From NCBI GenBank assembly GCA_964016885.1, contig OZ024741.1, positions 30,194,001 to 30,258,000 of the forward strand: DNA of 64,000 bases, in the 5' to 3' direction. This DNA comes from Eledone cirrhosa (Eukaryota). The notes below the pieces were generated by a model that made no database searches, had not been told where the DNA came from, and was given only the letters and a program-made list of their open reading frames with translations. Below, one piece after another: positions 40,063 through 53,580 of the stretch (within the stretch, counting starts at the first letter, position 1; every line of letters starts with the position of its first letter). The position numbers and the translations under genes are program-made.

Positions 40063-41220
40063 TACGAGGATCGGCTGAAAAATCATAGGTTGATCAATAT
40101 ACTCTCATGGAATGTGACCAAATGAGGTTTATTTTTCAACAGAGTCCCGTAGCTGTCTACACAACTTTTCCATCGGTGCTGCAGTGCTTGGTTGCCGTTG
40201 GTGAAGATGATTTCATCGTGTTGGTCAAAAAGATCATTAATAGAGGATATGATGTCATCATCACTGCGTTACTGCTTCCCAACTTAGTGTCTTTATATGT
40301 TGGACAACAGATGCTAGTCAGATGGAACCAAGTCTGGAGAATAGGGCGATTTATCAATGAGTTCAAAGCCACAGTCACGCACAGCAACCATTGAAACCAA
40401 GGACGTGTGTTTTGCAGCATTATCTTCATGAAACAAAACCCCTTTCGTAAGTTTCCCTGCGCATTTTATCTAGCTTGATAGCCTTTCGTAACAGCCTTAA
40501 CATGATGCCATAGTACTCCCCAATGATGATGTGGTCCTTTTGAAGATATTCAATAAACACAGAGATTTTGCATCCCACAAATGCCTTCACATTCCCTGCA
40601 GGTAAAACCACCTTGGCTTTCTTTAGAGTAGTTGAGGAAGGGTGATTCCACTGCATGGATTGTCTCTTTGTCTTTGGCTCGAAGTGATGAACCCAACTCT
40701 TATTCGGGATAAGGAAACCGACCGATTGGATCTGCACGAAACAATGACAGATTTTACTCTGATGTTATAATCCTGGTGCACTTTTGATCAGGTGACAAAA
40801 GACGTGGCACCCACAAAGCAGATACGTTGATCATGCCAAGTTCATTTTGCACGATCAGTGTTTTCCTTAGTGGTGGCAGTTGCATGAAGCCAGATTTGAT
40901 CATCTTCATGACTCTGCCATCCTCCTTTAAATTCATCTTCCTCATTTGTACTGATGATAAAGATGGATCGTCATCCCCTAATGTAGCAAGTAGGTCAGCA
41001 TGAATGATCCTGGAGGCTAAATTATTTTTCTGTAGGTAGACGATAACATCATGATCACAATCTTATTTCCTCCATTTTCAAGTGATGTCACTTTTAAAGT
41101 CTTCTTTCACCAATCAGATGTCAGTTTACCTGAAAAGACAGAATGCACTTATTAATAAGAGTTGAAATTAATAAATGCAAGATTTCTCAGTTCTAGCGTA
41201 CTCCTTCATAGTAGTCTATA
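40063..41220 (-). mobile_element. Decayed mariner (Tc1/mariner) DNA transposon
   Basis: WVPRLLSPDQK, WVHHFEPKTKRQSMQW, HEDNA, RPYSPDLVPSD; TIR starts tacgaggatcggctgaaaa. Confidence 0.88.
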
Positions 41221-41224
41221 TAAT

Positions 41225-41261
41225 ATGTATCTATGTATGTATGTATGTATATACGTATGTA

Positions 41262-41292
<31 letters not shown>

Positions 41293-41492
41293 TGTATGTA
41301 TGTATGTATGTATGTATGTATGTATGTATGTATGTATGTATGTATGTATGCATGTATGTATGTTTGTATGTATGTATGTGTGTATGTACGTATGTATGTA
41401 TGCTTGTATGTATGTATATATGTATGTATGTATGTATCTATGTATGTATGTATGTATGTATGGATGGATGTATGCTTGTATGTATGTATGTG
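41225..41492. repeat. (TATG)n microsatellite
   Basis: Direct reading. Confidence 0.97.
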
Positions 41493-41897
41493 CCAGGTCG
41501 GGTCATCGACGACTAAACCGGCAACCCCACCAAGTTTACTTGGTGAGGAGGGTGACTTTGGACACCCTGCAGGACAAAAAACAAAACTTGACAAAGGGCG
41601 GAAGAACTCATAAGAGTCAACGGCCATCCAAAAGTGTGTAAATATGTATATACACATGTACCGCGCGGTTAAACCACTGGGAGTGAAGGACCCCTAGCCT
41701 TTGTCAGGGCATTCTTCTAGGAGAAGGCAACTCAGGAAACTGGGATAACTCCGATATTAAACCTGCAGGTCAGTAGTTACCGATCATGTCGATCTTTTCT
41801 TCTTTTCCGGTTATAGCTACTGTCGTTCAGAGAGTGGGATTGGATTTCCTCACTTTAAAAAATATCTTCACGCACAGGCATTGTACGATATAATTAA

Positions 41898-42347
41898 TTA
41901 ATTGTTTCTACTTTAGGCACAATGCCAGCAAATACCCAGCACATTACTGGTACTTTATTTTATCGAACCCGTAAGGATGAAAGGCAAGTTAACCTCGGCA
42001 GGATTTGAACTCAGATCATAAAGGGACGTAACTCTATGCTAAAAAGCATGGCGTCCAACCCTCTACCGATACTGCCAATCAAATTAATAATTATTAATAA
42101 TTGTTTCTACTTTAGGCACAAGGCCAGCAATTACCCAGTGCATTACTGGTACTTTATTTTATCGACCCCGTAAGGATGAAAGGCAAAGTCAACCAGGGTG
42201 GGATTTGAACTCAGATCGTAAAGGGACGTAACTATGCTGGAAAGCATGGCGTCCGACTCTCTACCGATACTGCCAATACACCGCCCTTATAATAATTGTT
42301 TCTACTTTAGGCACAAGGCCAGCAATTATCCAGTGCATTACTGGTTC
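41898..42347 (-). mobile_element. Head-to-tail SINE array (2 full copies + 1 partial)
   Basis: Copies at 41898-42080, 42097-42286, 42290-42347. Confidence 0.85.
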
Positions 42348-42430
42348 TTAATAATTATTAATAATGGTATATCGTGCAATGGCCATACGCGATAACGAGG
42401 GGGCAGCCATCATCTTTGTATGTATGTATG

Positions 42431-42830
42431 TATGTATTTATGTATGTATGTTCTTCTGGTTTTATAATTTCACAAATTTTTTCCCAATAGAGAGAGTCGG
42501 TTTCTAACATAGACACAAGACTCTCTCATTGGAATTTACACAACATCATCTAGGTAGAATATGAATGCATGCATAGATGTGTAGATATGGATGTGTATGT
42601 TTTGAGTTGTATGTGTGCATGTGTATATGCTTTGTATCTGTACATGTGTATATGCAGTTATTAGATGCAAAATTTTTGGAATGTTTTACATATTTTACTG
42701 TTCCATTAATGGATTGTACTTGTAATTTCCTAACTAGTTGTGTTCTTTCTGTTCCTGTGAAGCCCAGCTTCTCAAGATTTGTATTGAGGCAGTTACTAAC
42801 ATACTCCAGTGCCCCAATAATCACAGGCAT
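42431..42830 (-). mobile_element. 3' fragment of an RLE-type (R4/Dong-like) non-LTR retrotransposon in (CATA)n
   Basis: PVIIGALEYVSNCL..NLEKLG..RKLQVQSINGTVK resembles the restriction-like endonuclease C-terminus; (TATG)n on both sides. Confidence 0.55.
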
Positions 42831-43589
42831 GTATGTATGAACGTATGCTTGTATGTGTTTGTATGTATGTATGTATGCTTGAATGTATGTTCCTATGTAT
42901 GTATGTTTGTATGTATGTATGACTATATTGCAGTCGATTAGGTTCTCTATACCTGATAAATCCAAAATTCATTTACTTTCACAAACATTCAAAATACAGC
43001 AGTAATTCACATTAAATATATAATTTTCATCAGCTATTTGCATATCTACTGTAAATAAAGTGAAACTCAATCACATTCAGTCAATATGATTCAGCTTTGT
43101 ATGTGTAAGGAGCTGTTGACTCTAACTTCATTTTATGAGATATAATTAAAGCAAATGATAAAGGCTTTTCTTTCATGATGCGTTAAAATGACACTACTGT
43201 AATCAGTAGATCACATTTACAAACAATCAATGTGGACATTTTCAAATGTATTCAAGTCGTGATTATTATTTCAATAAATTAAAGATTATTGTAGTTCACA
43301 TCCCATGTAATTTTATCTTATTTTTAAGTGTTTATTAGAAAACGTCAATAAATAAAACTTTATAGATAAGTGTCACAAAAATAAATAACTTTCACAAAAA
43401 AGATAAGTTTGAATGAAGCGATCAATGGACGTTATTGTTTACTCGGTTTTATTATCAATTAGACTAAACCTGTACGTGATGTAAGAAACAGTCTTTCGGT
43501 ACATACAACACACAATTTTGTTAATATATTTGATATCAAATTCCGAATTACATTTTAAACATCAAAGGTATGAACATAATAATAGTAAT

Positions 43590-44215
43590 AATAGTTTCTG
43601 ATTAAGGCATAAGGCCAGCATTTTTGGGGAAAGGGAAAGACGATTAAATCGACCCCAGTGCATTACTGGTACTTTATTTAACCGATCCCATAAGCATGAT
43701 AGGCAAAAGATAACCTCGGCGGGTTTGAACGCAGACAATAAAGGGCCGTAACTCCATGCCTCAAAGCATGGTATCCAACGCTCTATCGATATTGCCAATC
43801 CAATAATGATCATAAAAATAATTGTTTCTACATTTGGCACAAGGCCAGCAATAAACCAGTACATTACTGGTACTTTATTTTATCGACCCCGTAAGGATGA
43901 AAGGCAAAGTTAACCTCGGCCGGATTTAAACTCAAACCGTAAAGGTACGTAACTATGCTGGAAAGCATGGTGTCCGACTCTCTACCGATACTGCCAATAC
44001 ACCGCCCTTATAATAATTGTTTCTACTTTAGGCACAAGGCCAGCAATTATCCAGTGCATTACTGGTACTTTATTGTATCGACCCCGTAAGGATGAAAGGC
44101 AAAGTCAACCTCGGCGGGAGTTGAACTCAGATCGTAAAGAGACGTAACTATGCTGGAAAGCATGGCGTCCAACCCTCTACCGATACTGCCAATCCACCGC
44201 CCTTACACCGCCCTT
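43590..44215 (-). mobile_element. Head-to-tail SINE array (3 copies); 2 more at 44675-45088
   Basis: Copies at 43590-43800, 43818-44006, 44012-44201. Confidence 0.85.
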
Positions 44216-44234
44216 ATAATAATAATAAAAATAA

Positions 44235-44662
44235 TGATTTCATTTATTGGCCACAAGGGCCAACATGTAGGGGACAATACAAAGACAGGGACCGTGGGGC
44301 TTTACAATAAGGTCAAGTAAAAGTGCATAATGGCAAGACTAATTTAACAATGAAGATATAAAAAATATAAAATAACCTATGTATAAATATAACAAAATAA
44401 ATAAATTCGCCTATCGGCGCTGGACGATCCAGGGGTGACTCAGGTACGCCACCAATCCTGAAGCACCCTGCGCTTCTAGGGCACCAAGGGAGGGCAGCCC
44501 ACTCCTCAAATTAGCTAGCCTATAGGCGCATGGTCAGAGTAGGCCCATTCACACGGGCCTATCTCGCCACATTCATCGACCTTTTAGCAAATGTACTGGG
44601 GCGGACGGGAGGAGCTTCTCTCCACCCTCACCTTCCTTTCAAGGTGAAACTTGAAGAAGTTG
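44235..44662 (-). mobile_element. 3' fragment of L1/Tx1-like LINE
   Basis: NFFKFHLERKVRVER C-terminus, AATAAA and (ATT)n tail; homologous to 45625-46240. Confidence 0.55.
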
Positions 44663-45624
44663 ATAATAATAATAATAATTGTTTCTATTTTTAGCACAAG
44701 GCCACCAATCAACCAGTGTATTACTGGTACTTTATTTTATCGACCCCATAAGGATGAAAGGCAAAGTTGACCTCGGCGGGATTTGAACTCAGAATGGCAA
44801 GGGCCGTAACTCCATGCGTCAAAGCATGGCGTCCGACCCTCTACCGATACTGCCACTCCACCGCCCTAATAATGGTTTCTGATTTAGGCACAAGGCCGAC
44901 AATTTTGGGGGAGGGGAAAGTCGATCGAATCGATCACAGTGAATTACTGGCACTTTAATTTATCGACCACATAAGGATGAAAGGCAAAACTGACCTCGGC
45001 GGGATTCGAACACAGAACGTTAAGGACCGTAACTCTCTGCTGGGAATTATGTTGGCCGAGCTCTACCTATACTGTCAATCCAACACCTTTTATAATAAAA
45101 ATAATAATAATTATTATTATTATTTCGTTTCTGAATTTGTTTAGCAATGAACTCCAACCAAAATTAAATATAAAACATGAATGGAATAGCAACATCACAA
45201 CTTACAATTAAGGACAAAATGAAAACACACACACACACATAGAACAAACAACCAACCAGTAACATGTAAATAAACAAATAAATAAACAAATGTAAACACA
45301 CACAGACACCTGGATGTAACACATGCGCTAACTAAGCACACAACAGACACAACAATAAGATGGCGTAGAACAGAACAATGGAGAGGCACAAAAACAAAGA
45401 AAATAATCCCCAGTCACTGGAGAGGTCACAGAATGTGTGACGAAAGAACTTTGACAATATATGAACAATCGTCTGCTTGTGGAACCAACCAACCAACCGG
45501 AAATTTATAAATTCCTAAATTTATAAATTTAATTTATAATAAATTGAAGTGAAAGCATTTGGTGCGTGTGTTTCTTATTGGCAACATGACCCTCCCAAAG
45601 TATAACATTATTATTATTATTATC

Positions 45625-47460
45625 AAGGCCGAACATAGAAGACAATACAAAGACAAGGGACAATAGGGGTTACATACAATCAACTAAAAAAATATAAGCA
45701 AAAACAATTAACAAAAAATGTCAACAACAGAATTGCTAATAGGGAGGGGATACTACCCAAGGGTGACGTTAGGAAGCCCACAAATCACAACCCACCATCA
45801 CCTCCAGGAGCACCTGGGAAGGGCGCTTCTCTCACTCCATCCAATGAAAATGACAATAAACAAGAAAATTACAGCAATGAAAATTCTCCAATAAAGGGGA
45901 ATGCCCACCCAGGGAGGATTCAGGAACCCCACCAATCCTGAACCCCCAGACGCCCACCCAGGGAGGATTCAGGAACCCCACCAATCCTGAACCCCCAGAC
46001 GCCCACCCAGGGAGGATTCAGGAACCCCACCAATCCTGAACCACCCGACGCGCTAAGAACATACAGTGTGGCCACCCTCTCCTCTTCAAATCAGCAAGCC
46101 TAAGAATGCATGGTCAGAGAAGGCCCTTTTACATGGGCTATTCTCTCTACATTCACCCCCCTTTTAACAAATGTACTATACGGAAGCACATCCCTATCCA
46201 CCCCACTTTCCTTTCCAACTTAAACTTGAAACAGTTGATGAGGCCGTAGAAGAAAGTGTCTGCCTTCAGTCCTTTCAGCATCGTGCACCACACAACATCT
46301 TTCACTACAGCCATTGCCTACCCTTTCAGGCAAAACTAAGCGGTGGACTCGGTCAATAGCCGGATCCATCACACACGCGATAACATCTAATCGACATAAC
46401 TCCAGAAATCACTAATATGCAGACACTGGGCGAGTGCGTGCAGAACGGTTTCGTTGCTCTTCACGCATCACGGAAAGGTCCGCCTTCCGTGTCAATAGAG
46501 TTTATCTCAAACCGGCAGTGGATGACAGTGAGCGCCTGTCATCGTTCCAGATTCCAGACGCCCAGTCACGGTCTACTCTTGACTGAGGATTTCATCTCAG
46601 TGAATGAGACGAGCTGGCAAATGACCTGTCTCACAAACAGCAGCCACGCCTGTCAACTGTTTAAGAATATCCGAACATGCCGTAATCTCAACGCATGTTT
46701 GCATATCATCAACCACAGCATGCCCATTCCTCCGCGTAGAAGGTGCTGGTTGCAGATCGACCACCTAACCAATCTCTTCTACAAGTTGAAGAGCAAAGAT
46801 TCCAATTTGTTATGGTGGGAACAGGTGCAAGGCTCGACTGTCAGGTAGTAATACATGACCTACGCGTTCTATCTAGATCGACCATACAGATCATGTATTT
46901 GTGATCTGAATAGGCGTCTGTTTGGAATTGTGGTCACCGTATGCTATCGCTATCTGTTAACCTAATGGAAAGCTTACCTATATACGATCTAGATAGTTGG
47001 AACTTCCTGATCAGATTGTTGAGATTTTTTCAACCCCCAGCCCTTCTATCGGCTACTCCCTAACAATCGCAGCTTGTGTCCTCTGTTAACAGTAAAGGAC
47101 GAGATGGCCCTAGAATGTCATTGAGACGCCTAAAGAAAACAGGCCATCTAGCCCCGGTCGGGGTGTAGACGGTCGTCAGTCTTAGGGCCCCACCTTCTCT
47201 AGTGCTCAGGTCCAGGTCTTACTTAAACAGCAGTGCTACCCCCACCTCCCATTTCTGGCCTACTAAGTGAATCGAAGATCTCATAGTCCTCCAAAACATT
47301 TGGCTAGTGCGCGTGTGTCGGAAATGTTGGACTCGCTGACGGCCGTCGCATCTATATCTAGTGTTCTAAGGTCAGCCATTATGCGACTTTGCATCCACGA
47401 CAACTCCAGCCTACACACGTTGAAGCAGACTGCTCCTGTAATATCGATGTTAGTTGGTAA
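45625..47460 (-). mobile_element. Internally deleted, decayed L1/Tx1-like LINE ORF2 plus 3' UTR; possible ORF1 relic upstream at 47700-48950
   Basis: AVCFNVCRL..DLRTLDIDATAVSE resembles the APE endonuclease N-terminus; 3' end shared with 44235; (ATT)n tail. Confidence 0.55.
45903..46050. repeat. 49-bp tandem repeat x3
   Basis: gcccacccagggaggattcaggaaccccaccaatcctgaacc at 45903, 45952, 46001. Confidence 0.95.
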
Positions 47461-47562
47461 TGTTGAAGGAGTTTGATTTGTTGCGCATGTTGTGTCAGCG
47501 TTTTCCGTTGTGTGTGTGTGTGTGTGTGTGTCTGTGTGTGCGCGCGCGCGCGTATGTGTGCG

Positions 47563-47601
<39 letters not shown>

Positions 47602-47609
47602 ATGTGTGT

Positions 47610-47653
<44 letters not shown>

Positions 47654-49528
47654 ATGCCAGATGTATTATTGGTCTTGGCGTTCCCCTTCATATTGACTTC
47701 GAGATGAGGAAGTCCCGGTGTCTATTTCGGAAATTAATAGGAGCGTGTTTGGTTTTGTGTTTAGAGGAGAAAGTGATGAAGTATAGGGAGAGCTTTTCTG
47801 AAAGACCCACTCGGTGTTTTTTAGGGGTATGTTGGTGATGGTGGTGCTCAGTTGATGTCGGTATTGCTGCTGGTGTTGTTTCTGCCGCAGATGCTGTTGT
47901 TACAGTTGTTGTTGAGGTTCATGTGTCGGCAACAAGTAGATCTTGTGGTCGTTTATCTTTTGTTGACGGCAAACGTCTTATAAATACCCTGTTAACCCGA
48001 AAAAATAAAAGCGGGGCCTTTTGCTTTCAACTAAGACTCTTAGCCACCGGGAGAGGGAATTAAGGTTGGGATCTTTATAATTTTCTCTGGTTTGATCTGT
48101 AGAAATATATCCAGACTGATACCAGAGCAGTTCTCCCTCCGAGTCTTCTTTATCTCGAGGAGCATTTCGCTCCCCTCTAGGATTATCGATGCTAAGATAC
48201 ACCAGATCTGTATGACGGGATCTCAGCAATGCAGTTCTTCAGTGTCCTCATATGAGAGGGAAACAAAACAAAAAGGTTCCACTCGCAGACACCACCGATA
48301 ACGTTTTTGTAAGGGATTCTTTACTGAAGGGCAGCGAGATTCTCCCCAAGTGTTTGGTTTTCCTAACGTACTGGATGTCCGACAACAATACTTTTAATGC
48401 TCCTTCAACCAGGAATGGTGCGGCCAGTACCAGCTTTCTGGTGTTCATATCAATACATTTATATATTAGAGTTTTCGCCTCCGTTGCTACCAACATCTCA
48501 GGTGGAACACTTATGTTGAACCAAGTATTATCGAACTCAACTAGTTTGGTTGCCTGAGCCAAATATTCCTCTTTCCTAGTTAAGTCCAAACTAAATAGTT
48601 GTTTGGATTTTGCAGCCGTAATTGCAAATGTGATTGTGTTGCTATTGCCTTTAACTCTGCTGCTGTTGTTGTCACTCCCGTAGTTTTTGCTGCTGTTGTT
48701 GTTGTCATTGCCGTTGCCCCAGCTGCTGTTGTTGTTCTCACTGCCGTTTCCCCAGCTGTTGTTGTTGTTGTCACTGCCGTTGTTTCTGCTACTATAGCTG
48801 CTGTAGTTTTAATTTGTGTTGCTATTGTTGTTTCTATTGTTGTTGGTGCTATTGTGCACGGTAGGCTTGTTGTCTATTGTGGCGGTTGTGGTAACACTTG
48901 TGACATTGGTGGTGGTAAGGTCGCTGGTGATTCTCTCCACATTTGAGTCGTTGTCACGTGACCGCTGGCTCAGGCGGGCTTATCTCTTCCATTTTTTACG
49001 CTTGTATGGTGAGAAAGTTAAAATTCAAATATTCGGGCCTTCGAGCTGGAATATTATTGGGCTGCCTTTTCTGAGGGCATTGTATTGTGTCCTATTGATT
49101 GTTAACAACAAAAATATTTCCCCAAATCGTAATTCAAACAAATGAAAATAACGTCTAGTAATAATAACGGAGTTTAGATTTGTCCGACCTATTTTCTGTA
49201 AGTAAAGGCCAATGAATGCATAAATGCACACTGAATACACCTTATATATCACCAATAGATTGGAACTGGGTTGAAAGTAGACATATGTCATTGTATAAGT
49301 GCTGTACGTAAAGTGGTATGGCTCAGCCTTAGACAAGTTGCACGTTACAAACTCATTAACATTCTGTTTCTATTAAAACTTACACGAAATCAGCACAATA
49401 CACACAGACACACAGAGACACATACACACACAGACACGCGCACACACATACACCACACACACACACGCGCACACACAGACACATACTCACACCCACAAAC
49501 GCACACAAACACACATATATATATATAT

Positions 49529-49923
49529 TAATAAAAGTATTTCCAACTTTGTCTGATTTACTCGTTTTATTTATAATCCTTTAAAATTATGATGGTATTA
49601 GAATGAAATTGTATGGTAGAATATTAAATGTTAAGTGTTAAGTGTTAATTGAACAAGTACTTTCATGCTTTCGCAATCTTCAGGTTTTATATTCTGTGGT
49701 GGCAGTAAAGTTGGCAATTTTCACAGTTGAAAATTGCCAACTTTACTGTCACCACAGAATATAAAACCTGAAGATTGCGAAAGCATGAAAGTACTTGTTC
49801 AATTAACACTTAACACTTAACATTTAATATTCTACCATACAATTTCATTCTAATACCATCATAATTTTAAAGGATTATAAATAAAACGAGTAAATCAGAC
49901 AAAGTTGGAATTCTTTTTATTAG
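49529..49923. mobile_element. Near-perfect fold-back, ~195-bp arms, 4-nt spacer, hammerhead in each arm (49765-49799 +, 49652-49686 -)
   Basis: aac-CTGAAGA-ttgc gaaa gcat-GAAA-gtac-TT-gtt. Confidence 0.85.
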
Positions 49924-49960
49924 TATAATCTTCTATACACAATCATACACACGCATGTAC

Positions 49961-49994
<34 letters not shown>

Positions 49995-50705
49995 ACAAGA
50001 GGTTCAATGTCCAAATATTTCTACTTATAAAATCGAATAAAGCATACAAAGTAAGGAGAACTCAAACTAAATTTGAGTAAATTTAGTTTTTATATTATTT
50101 CAGGTTACCTTTCATTCTTGCAGGCAATTCCCCGATGGATTGGGACTGTCAACTTAGCTACAATATCAGAAATGTCATAAGATATAGTAATAATTGTACA
50201 GCGTGTTGCGGTCATCCAGTTGGATTCAAACAAAACTATCATTGTCATCTATATATAATATTTATAGTCTTCAATACGTCTTTTTATTGTCAAGAGATTC
50301 GGTGCTAACCCAGCTTTCAGTTCAGTTGAGTTTCATCAGCTCATAAACATAAGCAGAATTCTATAAGAATCCATCTTTGTTTAGCTTCAGCAAAAGCGGG
50401 GAAATATGTAGTCTTGACAACCACTTATGAGTAAAAAAACAGTGGCATTCTCCCCCTGCTTTTGCTGAAGATAGACTTATGACGTTTTTCACAACTTTAA
50501 AATTCATAGCGAAAGGCCTTCAAGATGTTTTTTTTTATAAACATACCGTATATTGTTAAATATACAATACGTACTCGGACATTCATATGAATAAATTAAT
50601 GTCATTTGCCCTTCATATTTTCTACCGGATTGTACCGGCTTTTATAAAGACTCTTCTGTCATTTACTATACACGCACACACACACGCGCACACACACACG
50701 CACAC

Positions 50706-50741
<36 letters not shown>

Positions 50742-51638
50742 AAAAACACACACACACACTATCGACTTTCCTTTTTCCCAAATATTATTGTCCTTGTACC
50801 TAAATCAGAAAACATTATTATTATTCGATATTATTCGAAAGATGGTGGATTGACAGTATCGATCGAGGGCTGGACGCCAGGCTTTCTAGCATAGTTTCGT
50901 CCCTTTACGGTCTGAGTTCAAATCCCGTCGTGGTTAACTTTGTCTTTCATCCTTACGGGGTCAAAAAAAAAGTACCAGTAATGTACTGGTTATTTGCTCG
51001 TCTTGTGCCAAAAGGAAACATTTATTTGATATAAAATTCATAAATACACACACACACGCATATATATATACATATATATATGTATGTATGTATGTACATA
51101 CATGGCGTATTCTTATGTTATATATATATATATATATATATAACACGCGAAATTGAAGTTTGGCTGGTTTGAACTTAGACGTTAAGAAGCCAGAATAAAT
51201 TTCGACTGGCGCCTCTAAGATTATACCAATACACCAGATAGTGATGGAATAAAAAATAATTTGAAATAGAACCAAGAATCAGACTGTAAGAGGGTCTAGT
51301 GGTATATGCCATATAATTGTAGACGCAAACCAATGCAATCTAGAAGGCTAGAAAGAAAATAGAGGAAGAAGAAAAATGAAAATTAAGGAGAAAAAAATGA
51401 ATAGAACGCATTTTCAATTTTGAATAGAAACTGTTGAATAAATCTCATGACCAAGGCAGTTGAAATGTAAAAGAAAACAGAAAACATTGTTTATTCCAGC
51501 GATATTTTCTGTCTATTTAAAAAAACATTAAGAATTTTAAGTATAATTTTTTTCAATTTGGGGATCATTTATTCTTCCACTCTTTCTCCCTCTGTATATA
51601 TATATATAATATGTATATATATATATATATAACTTCAC

Positions 51639-51692
<54 letters not shown>

Positions 51693-51786
51693 TTCCATAC
51701 AATCATTGAAGGACTGAAACAAACCATATTCTATAAAACGTTTTTATTACAATATACATATGTATATATATATGCATATATACATA

Positions 51787-51838
<52 letters not shown>

Positions 51839-52630
51839 TATATATATGTATACACACCATATATATATATACATATATATATAAGTTTGTGTGTGGGGGG
51901 AGGGGTGTGTGTGCGCATGCGCGTGATCTTGTGTATGTATGTGGCAATCAGTTTTCTACGTATATCTCTATCCAGTCGATTGTTAATAGCTGTCCATTGC
52001 GCTTGGTCTTCCTTTAGTGATGTATGTATTTTCAATTATGTACGAAATGAAATGTTTAAGTAATTTATCACACGTGCATGACTGTACTTCGCTTGTAGAT
52101 ATAGTCATATCTATGTGATTCTATGTCTACCTTACCATAAGTGTATAGTATGATATTTAATAAAATCCGTCATAGTTTCGATCTGTTGGATGAAAATATA
52201 TATATATATATATTGGTATATATGATATGATATATGTATGTGTGAGCATATATATTTATACGTAAAATAACAGCAGTACCACCACAAGGGTGATTCACAA
52301 TCGAATTTTGTATGAAGGTATATATGTATCCTGACTCGGCCTTGAGACGTATATAACGTATAGCTTATACACATTTTTACGTAGAAATTATATGCTGATG
52401 ATGGCGAATTGGACATAGTGCAAGCCTGACCTGTGAGGATTAAACTACGAATAGCACTAACATAGTATATAATATACCTGCACTTCAGGATACTCTTTAA
52501 GTGATAGGCTATATAAACCTCTCGTTTAAGTATTTCATGCTTTTATTACTTGTTTCCTCCTATCTGTCTCAATGTATAGACACAAAGAAATAGCCTTGAT
52601 GAATGAAATTTATATACATATATATATACT

Positions 52631-52717
<87 letters not shown>

Positions 52718-52749
52718 GGAGGGAGAGAGAGAGAGAGAGAGCGAGAGAG

Positions 52750-52978
52750 AAGTGGTTACACAACAGTTAGTTCACCATACCGAGAACAATTGTTTCACCT
52801 TAGCGGATCCTCAGCTCGTAATGTTTACGTAAACATTACGAGCTGAGGATCCGCTAAGGTGAAACAATTGTTCTCGGTATGGTGACCTAACTGTCGTGTA
52901 ACCACTTATACCTAACTTGTCCCATAGACTGAGTGCTCTGCCACTACGGATATTACCTTCCAGTGTTCTACCACTATA
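52750..52978. mobile_element. pLTR-like unit with a spacer-less palindrome (52772-52885) and two opposed hammerheads
   Basis: Centre gtttac|gtaaac at 52828/52829; cgag-CTGAGGA-tccgctaaggt-GAAA-caattg-TT-ctcg. Confidence 0.85.
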
Positions 52979-52997
52979 TATATATATATATATATAT

Positions 52998-53206
52998 ATA
53001 ATAGAAGGACGATTTGTTAAGACTTCATTATGTTTATTGATTGGTGACGCGCATTTCGCTATTGATCAGTTCAAGGCTCGATCTATATCGATCTGGCCCA
53101 ACTCTGGAATAAAAAGCTCGTTGGACCTCTGCTGTTGTCAATAGCGAAACGCCCGTCACCAATCAATAATTGTAATGAAAGCTTAACAAATCGTCCTTGT
53201 ATTATT
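52998..53206. mobile_element. Fold-back unit with variant hammerhead on - (relative at 62413-62490, core CCGACGA)
   Basis: Arms ~52998-53065 / 53138-53206; ggt-CCAACGA-gc...gc-GAAA-tgcgcg-TC-acc. Confidence 0.65.
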
Positions 53207-53492
53207 ATGGTGATTTGGCAGTATCGATGGAGGGTCGGACATGCTTTCCAGCATACTTACGTCCCTTTACGATCTGAGTTCAAATTCAGCCAAGGTTAAC
53301 TTTGCCTTTCATCCTTACGGGGTCGATAAAATAAAGTACCAGTAATGTACTGTATAATTGGTGGCATTGTGCCAACAGTAGAAACAATTATTATATTACA
53401 CACTGTTTAGCAGTACACCTCGCCACCTACGTGAACCTAAACATCGAGTGCTCACCTGGGTGAAACTACAGTAACTTCATGTTGCACTCCCT

Positions 53493-53580
<88 letters not shown>

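Noticed and set aside
48580-48946. Thr/Ala-rich or Val-rich ORFs resembling mucin or membrane protein
   Set aside because: Degenerate (GTT/GCT)n low-complexity sequence, probably part of a LINE ORF1 relic
50090-50180. Possible host exon after ttcttgcag (AIPRWIGTVNLATISEMS*)
   Set aside because: Short, no recognisable homology or partner exons
52391-52450. CTGATGA-tggc...gcc (also CTGACGA at 27601)
   Set aside because: Second core strand missing; at best decayed relics
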